From Aulosira sp. ZfuVER01 (GTDB taxonomy: Bacteria; Cyanobacteriota; Cyanobacteriia; Cyanobacteriales; Nostocaceae), in NCBI GenBank assembly GCA_034530615.2, contig JAVRCV020000083.1, forward strand, positions 55,978 through 119,977: a stretch of DNA of 64,000 nt, read 5' to 3'. The translations under genes were made by a program, and so were the position numbers. The first letter of the stretch is position 1; the number at the start of each line of letters is the position of its first letter. The notes beneath the pieces are model-generated. The model did not search any database. It was given only the letters and a program-made list of their open reading frames with translations, and was not told the origin of the DNA. Shown here piece by piece: positions 60,901 to 64,000 of this stretch.

Positions 60901-61711
60901 AATCTTGCTGATACGCAAATTTATAACCGCCCCAAAGAGCAAGAGCGATCGCTATTACTAATAAAATCGGGATGCTATACCAAGGAAACTCAGATAATGA
61001 TGAATGAGCTACGGCTCGCAATCCAATACTGGTATAGGTTAAGGGTAATAGGTAAACGATGACTTTGAGGGCGGTTGGCAATGTGCTGGGGTCAAAGAAG
61101 GTGGCTCCTAAGAAAGACATGGGGATAATCACAAAGTTGTTGTAAAATCCTACAGATTCGAGCGATCGCACACTCAATCCCACAATCACCCCCAACCCAG
61201 CAAATACTGTACAGTTGAGTACCAGTAACAACAGAAACAGGGGATGGAGAAAATGCCAATTTCCTGTTAACAGCAACGCCACCAAAATTACAGAACCAGA
61301 AGTCATCAATCCCCGCACTACTCCCGCCAGCATTTTCCCCAGGTGCAATGCTAAAGGATGTATGGGAACTAACAAAAATTCTTCAAATGTCTTAGCAAAT
61401 AACCTCTCGCCACAAATTGAAAATGTCGTACCACCAAAGCTGATAGTCATTGAAGATAACGCTACCATCCCCGGCAAAATAAATTCTAAATAGTTATTAT
61501 AGTTACCACTAATTCCTGAACCGGAACTAATCGAACTACCTAAACCAAGACCAAAAGCTAATATATATATCAGCGGTGATACTAACCCAGACGCCGCAAT
61601 TTGCACTAATCTAATGCGTAAATCAAGCCAGTCTCCCCAAAAAATTGTGAGGCTATCAGCTAGGAGAATTTGCAATTGCGAAGCTTTAAACCCTTTGCCC
61701 CTGAGTAGCAT
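60899..61711 (-). CDS. ABC-2 type exporter permease
   Basis: Six TM helices; YLEFILPGMVAL, GERLFAKTFEEFLLVPI, FLGATFF, LPLTY. Confidence 0.88.
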   Translation of the reverse strand: MLLRGKGFKASQLQILLADSLTIFWGDWLDLRIRLVQIAASGLVSPLIYILAFGLGLGSSISSGSGISGNYNNYLEFILPGMVALSSMTISFGGTTFSICGERLFAKTFEEFLLVPIHPLALHLGKMLAGVVRGLMTSGSVILVALLLTGNWHFLHPLFLLLLVLNCTVFAGLGVIVGLSVRSLESVGFYNNFVIIPMSFLGATFFDPSTLPTALKVIVYLLPLTYTSIGLRAVAHSSLSEFPWYSIPILLVIAIALALWGGYKFAYQQD

Positions 61712-61792
61712 TTTTGTAGTTACATCTTAAGAATATATTAATTGTTTACTTTACATTTCTTGATGTGTACTTAGCAAGTCTAGTTAGCTGTA

Positions 61793-61825
61793 AGATTTCC
61801 GAGTTTTCTAAAAAGTCGGAAATCT
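61793..61825. repeat. Palindromic dispersed repeat
   Basis: AGATTTCCGA-gttttctaaaaag-TCGGAAATCT. Confidence 0.55.
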
Positions 61826-62238
61826 GAATTTCTTGCCAAGATGACTCAAGCAATCATCTCAGCAGTTTGATTCAGAGATATTCAAGTCACTACCCGTCAA
61901 ATCTCGCATTGATAATAATGATAATTGCCAATACGGAGTGACAACCTTATTTTTAGTTACTTCAGTTTTCGTAAATCCAACTAAAATAAAATACTTCAAA
62001 GTATCTTCAAACTTACCTTACAACGCTGGCTTGAGATACTTTAAAAAAAATAAACAGTCTATGAATCTTGACTAGAGACAAGATAAAGTGAGACGCAGTA
62101 TACATCCATATAACGATAAAAGCAACTTAGAAGAAAGTTAATAGAGATGTATAATGAGCGCGTCTCCTCCTTTATACATAAAAATATAAAGTTTAAAGCT
62201 GGCTGAATTTCTGTTTTCTGTACCCTAATAAGGAGCAT

Positions 62239-64000
62239 ATGTGGCAAAAAGAAACAAAAGATAGTGCAATAGTCCGTCTGGCATTACTGCTGGCCATAGG
62301 AACTATGCCTATGACAACAAATCTCTTAGTGCCAACACATATACTGGCACAATCTGCAACTGATGCTCCCTCGTTTCCACTGCCAACAACATTGGAGAAT
62401 GGGACTACAGTGCGGATTGATGGTTCAAGTAGCTTGAGTGCAATTAACCAAAATCTGAAACAAAGTTTTGAGCAACAGTTTTCTGGTACGAAGGTTGAAG
62501 TTGCAGCTAACGGCACTGATGCAGCACTAAAAGCTGTACTAGATGGGAAAATCGATATAGCAGCACTCGGTCGTGGTTTGACCCCAAAAGAACAAGCACA
62601 AGGTTTAGAGCAAGTGCGCTTGCACCGAGAAAAAATTGCCATCATTGTGGGTGCTGATAATCCTTTCAAGGCAAGTTTGACTGCTAGGCAATTCGCCAGG
62701 ATTTTCCGAGGACAAATTACAGATTGGTCGCAACTGGGAAGAGCTAAGGGTAAAATTCGAGTTATCGATCGCCCGACAAGTAGCGAAACGCGCAATACTT
62801 TCCGGAGTTATCCAGCTTTCAAGTCTGCTAACTTTGCTACAGGCTCTACGGCAACTCAAGTAGCTGATGATAACACCGCAGAAATCGTCAAACAACTAGG
62901 TAAGGATGGAATTAGCTACGCCTTAGCCAATCAGGTATCGCAACTACCAGGAGTGCGAGTTCTCCAGGTACATCAAACCTCACCCACAGATGCTAAATAT
63001 CCCTTCTCCCAACCTTTAGTTTACGTCTACAAAAAAAGTCCTAGCCCTGGTATAGCGGGTTTTCTCGGCTTTGCGATCGCACCACCAGGACAGCAAGCCA
63101 TAGAAGCAGCCAGAACAGCTGAAGCAGCTGCGATCGCCCAAGGCGGATTGACAGCATTGGCTACAACTCCTACCACTGCCCCCACACCTGAGGCGACCAC
63201 TGCTGCTACTACTTCTCCCACACCTGAGGCGACAACTGCTGTTACTACCTCCCCGACAGCAGAGGCTATAACTACTACTACAGATAGTAATGTAACTACT
63301 GCCCCGAACGACTCTTCGGCAAATCCTGCGGCCAATGACAATGCAACGATGCAAAAGGAAGCACCATTTTGGTTACTATTGCCGTTGTTGGTTATAGCTG
63401 TCTTAGGTGGATTGTCTTATTGGTGGTTTCTGAAAAGACGCCCACGGGCAGTTGAGGAGGCAGATAAAGATTCCACTATATCACCAGCAACACCAGCCAT
63501 AGCTAGTGGCGCAGGCGCAGCCATATCATCTGGGTTTTCTGACACAGGATTAACTGATGAGACAAGAAATAACGCCGACACCGCATGGGATACAGAAGCA
63601 CCAGCAGCAGTTGTAAATACTTCTTATCCACAGATGGCGGAAGTGCCTACAGCAGCAGCTACTAGCGAATTGCCAAAGGCTGAAGTACCACCTGCAACTT
63701 TAGATAATTCAGAAGTGCCTATAGTTGCATCTGATGTCCAAAATTGGGGCGAAGCACAACCCCAAGGTGAATCCAACATTGCAGAAGATAATAACTCAAT
63801 TGGTAGTGCAGCTTTAGCAGCAGGTGCAGGACTAGCAGCAGGTGCCGCTACCTGGTCTACGATTAGTGGTACAGAGTCAAATGCTGAAGATAGTAGCAAT
63901 CCTGTAGGAAATAGCAATTATTCTATATGGGATACACCAGAGTCTGAACTGCCAATCATTGAAACAGCCGCAACAATTCCCGATTTACCCGATGTTCCCG
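62239..64000 (+). CDS. PstS-like substrate-binding domain protein with Thr/Pro linker, TM helix and long acidic tail; 3'-truncated and absent from the ORF track
   Basis: AGGAG RBS, ATG at 62239, open to the window end; VRIDGSSS, GTDAALKAV, GQITDWSQLG, RPTSSETR, YPFSQPLVYVY; TM FWLLLPLLVIAVLGGLSYWWF. Confidence 0.88.
   Translation, partial: MWQKETKDSAIVRLALLLAIGTMPMTTNLLVPTHILAQSATDAPSFPLPTTLENGTTVRIDGSSSLSAINQNLKQSFEQQFSGTKVEVAANGTDAALKAVLDGKIDIAALGRGLTPKEQAQGLEQVRLHREKIAIIVGADNPFKASLTARQFARIFRGQITDWSQLGRAKGKIRVIDRPTSSETRNTFRSYPAFKSANFATGSTATQVADDNTAEIVKQLGKDGISYALANQVSQLPGVRVLQVHQTSPTDAKYPFSQPLVYVYKKSPSPGIAGFLGFAIAPPGQQAIEAARTAEAAAIAQGGLTALATTPTTAPTPEATTAATTSPTPEATTAVTTSPTAEAITTTTDSNVTTAPNDSSANPAANDNATMQKEAPFWLLLPLLVIAVLGGLSYWWFLKRRPRAVEEADKDSTISPATPAIASGAGAAISSGFSDTGLTDETRNNADTAWDTEAPAAVVNTSYPQMAEVPTAAATSELPKAEVPPATLDNSEVPIVASDVQNWGEAQPQGESNIAEDNNSIGSAALAAGAGLAAGAATWSTISGTESNAEDSSNPVGNSNYSIWDTPESELPIIETAATIPDLPDVP
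63178..63275 (+). repeat. In-frame 36-bp tandem repeats encoding a Thr/Pro/Ala linker
   Basis: PTPEATTAATTS PTPEATTAVTTS PTAEAITTTT. Confidence 0.7.

Larger units (their letters stand above)
1..64000. repeat. HIP1 octamer GCGATCGC dispersed through the window
   Basis: Dozens of copies in coding and intergenic DNA, e.g. 6297, 11343 and the pair at 56474/56500. Confidence 0.9.

Noticed and set aside
62193..63917. Minus-strand ORFs of 96-200 aa
   Set aside because: Shadows of the long + strand PstS-like gene, which the track omitted because it has no stop in the window

Overview
Chromosomal window from a heterocyst-forming (Nostocales-type) cyanobacterium, judged by frequent HIP1 octamers (GCGATCGC), heptamer tandem repeats, apcF, cp12, and glnA-gifA with NtcA boxes. 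Core genes include fbaB, ubiD, tRNA-Asp-gltX, ftsH, mltA, amt1/amtB, tlyA, apcF and glnA/gifA. Accessory material includes a four-gene signalling cluster (two divergent hybrid kinases, a REC-GGDEF-EAL protein and a REC-kinase), tandem Ser/Thr kinases, lemA-M48, and many small MITE-, REP- and SDR-like repeats, some nested. Two candidates stand out as possibly undescribed. (1) An AT-rich three-gene insert between tlyA and apcF (52686-56196) encodes a complete SF2/Z1-domain ATPase, a small putative nuclease-fold partner and a divergent PUA/ASCH-like protein, with no DNA methyltransferase; this may be a minimal anti-phage module. (2) An orphan + strand unit at about 17515-17705 has an 11-bp-periodic Pho (SphR)-type box, a -10-like hexamer and a strand-specific terminator; this may be a phosphate-regulated sRNA. 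All family assignments come from motif recognition by eye; no searches were run.
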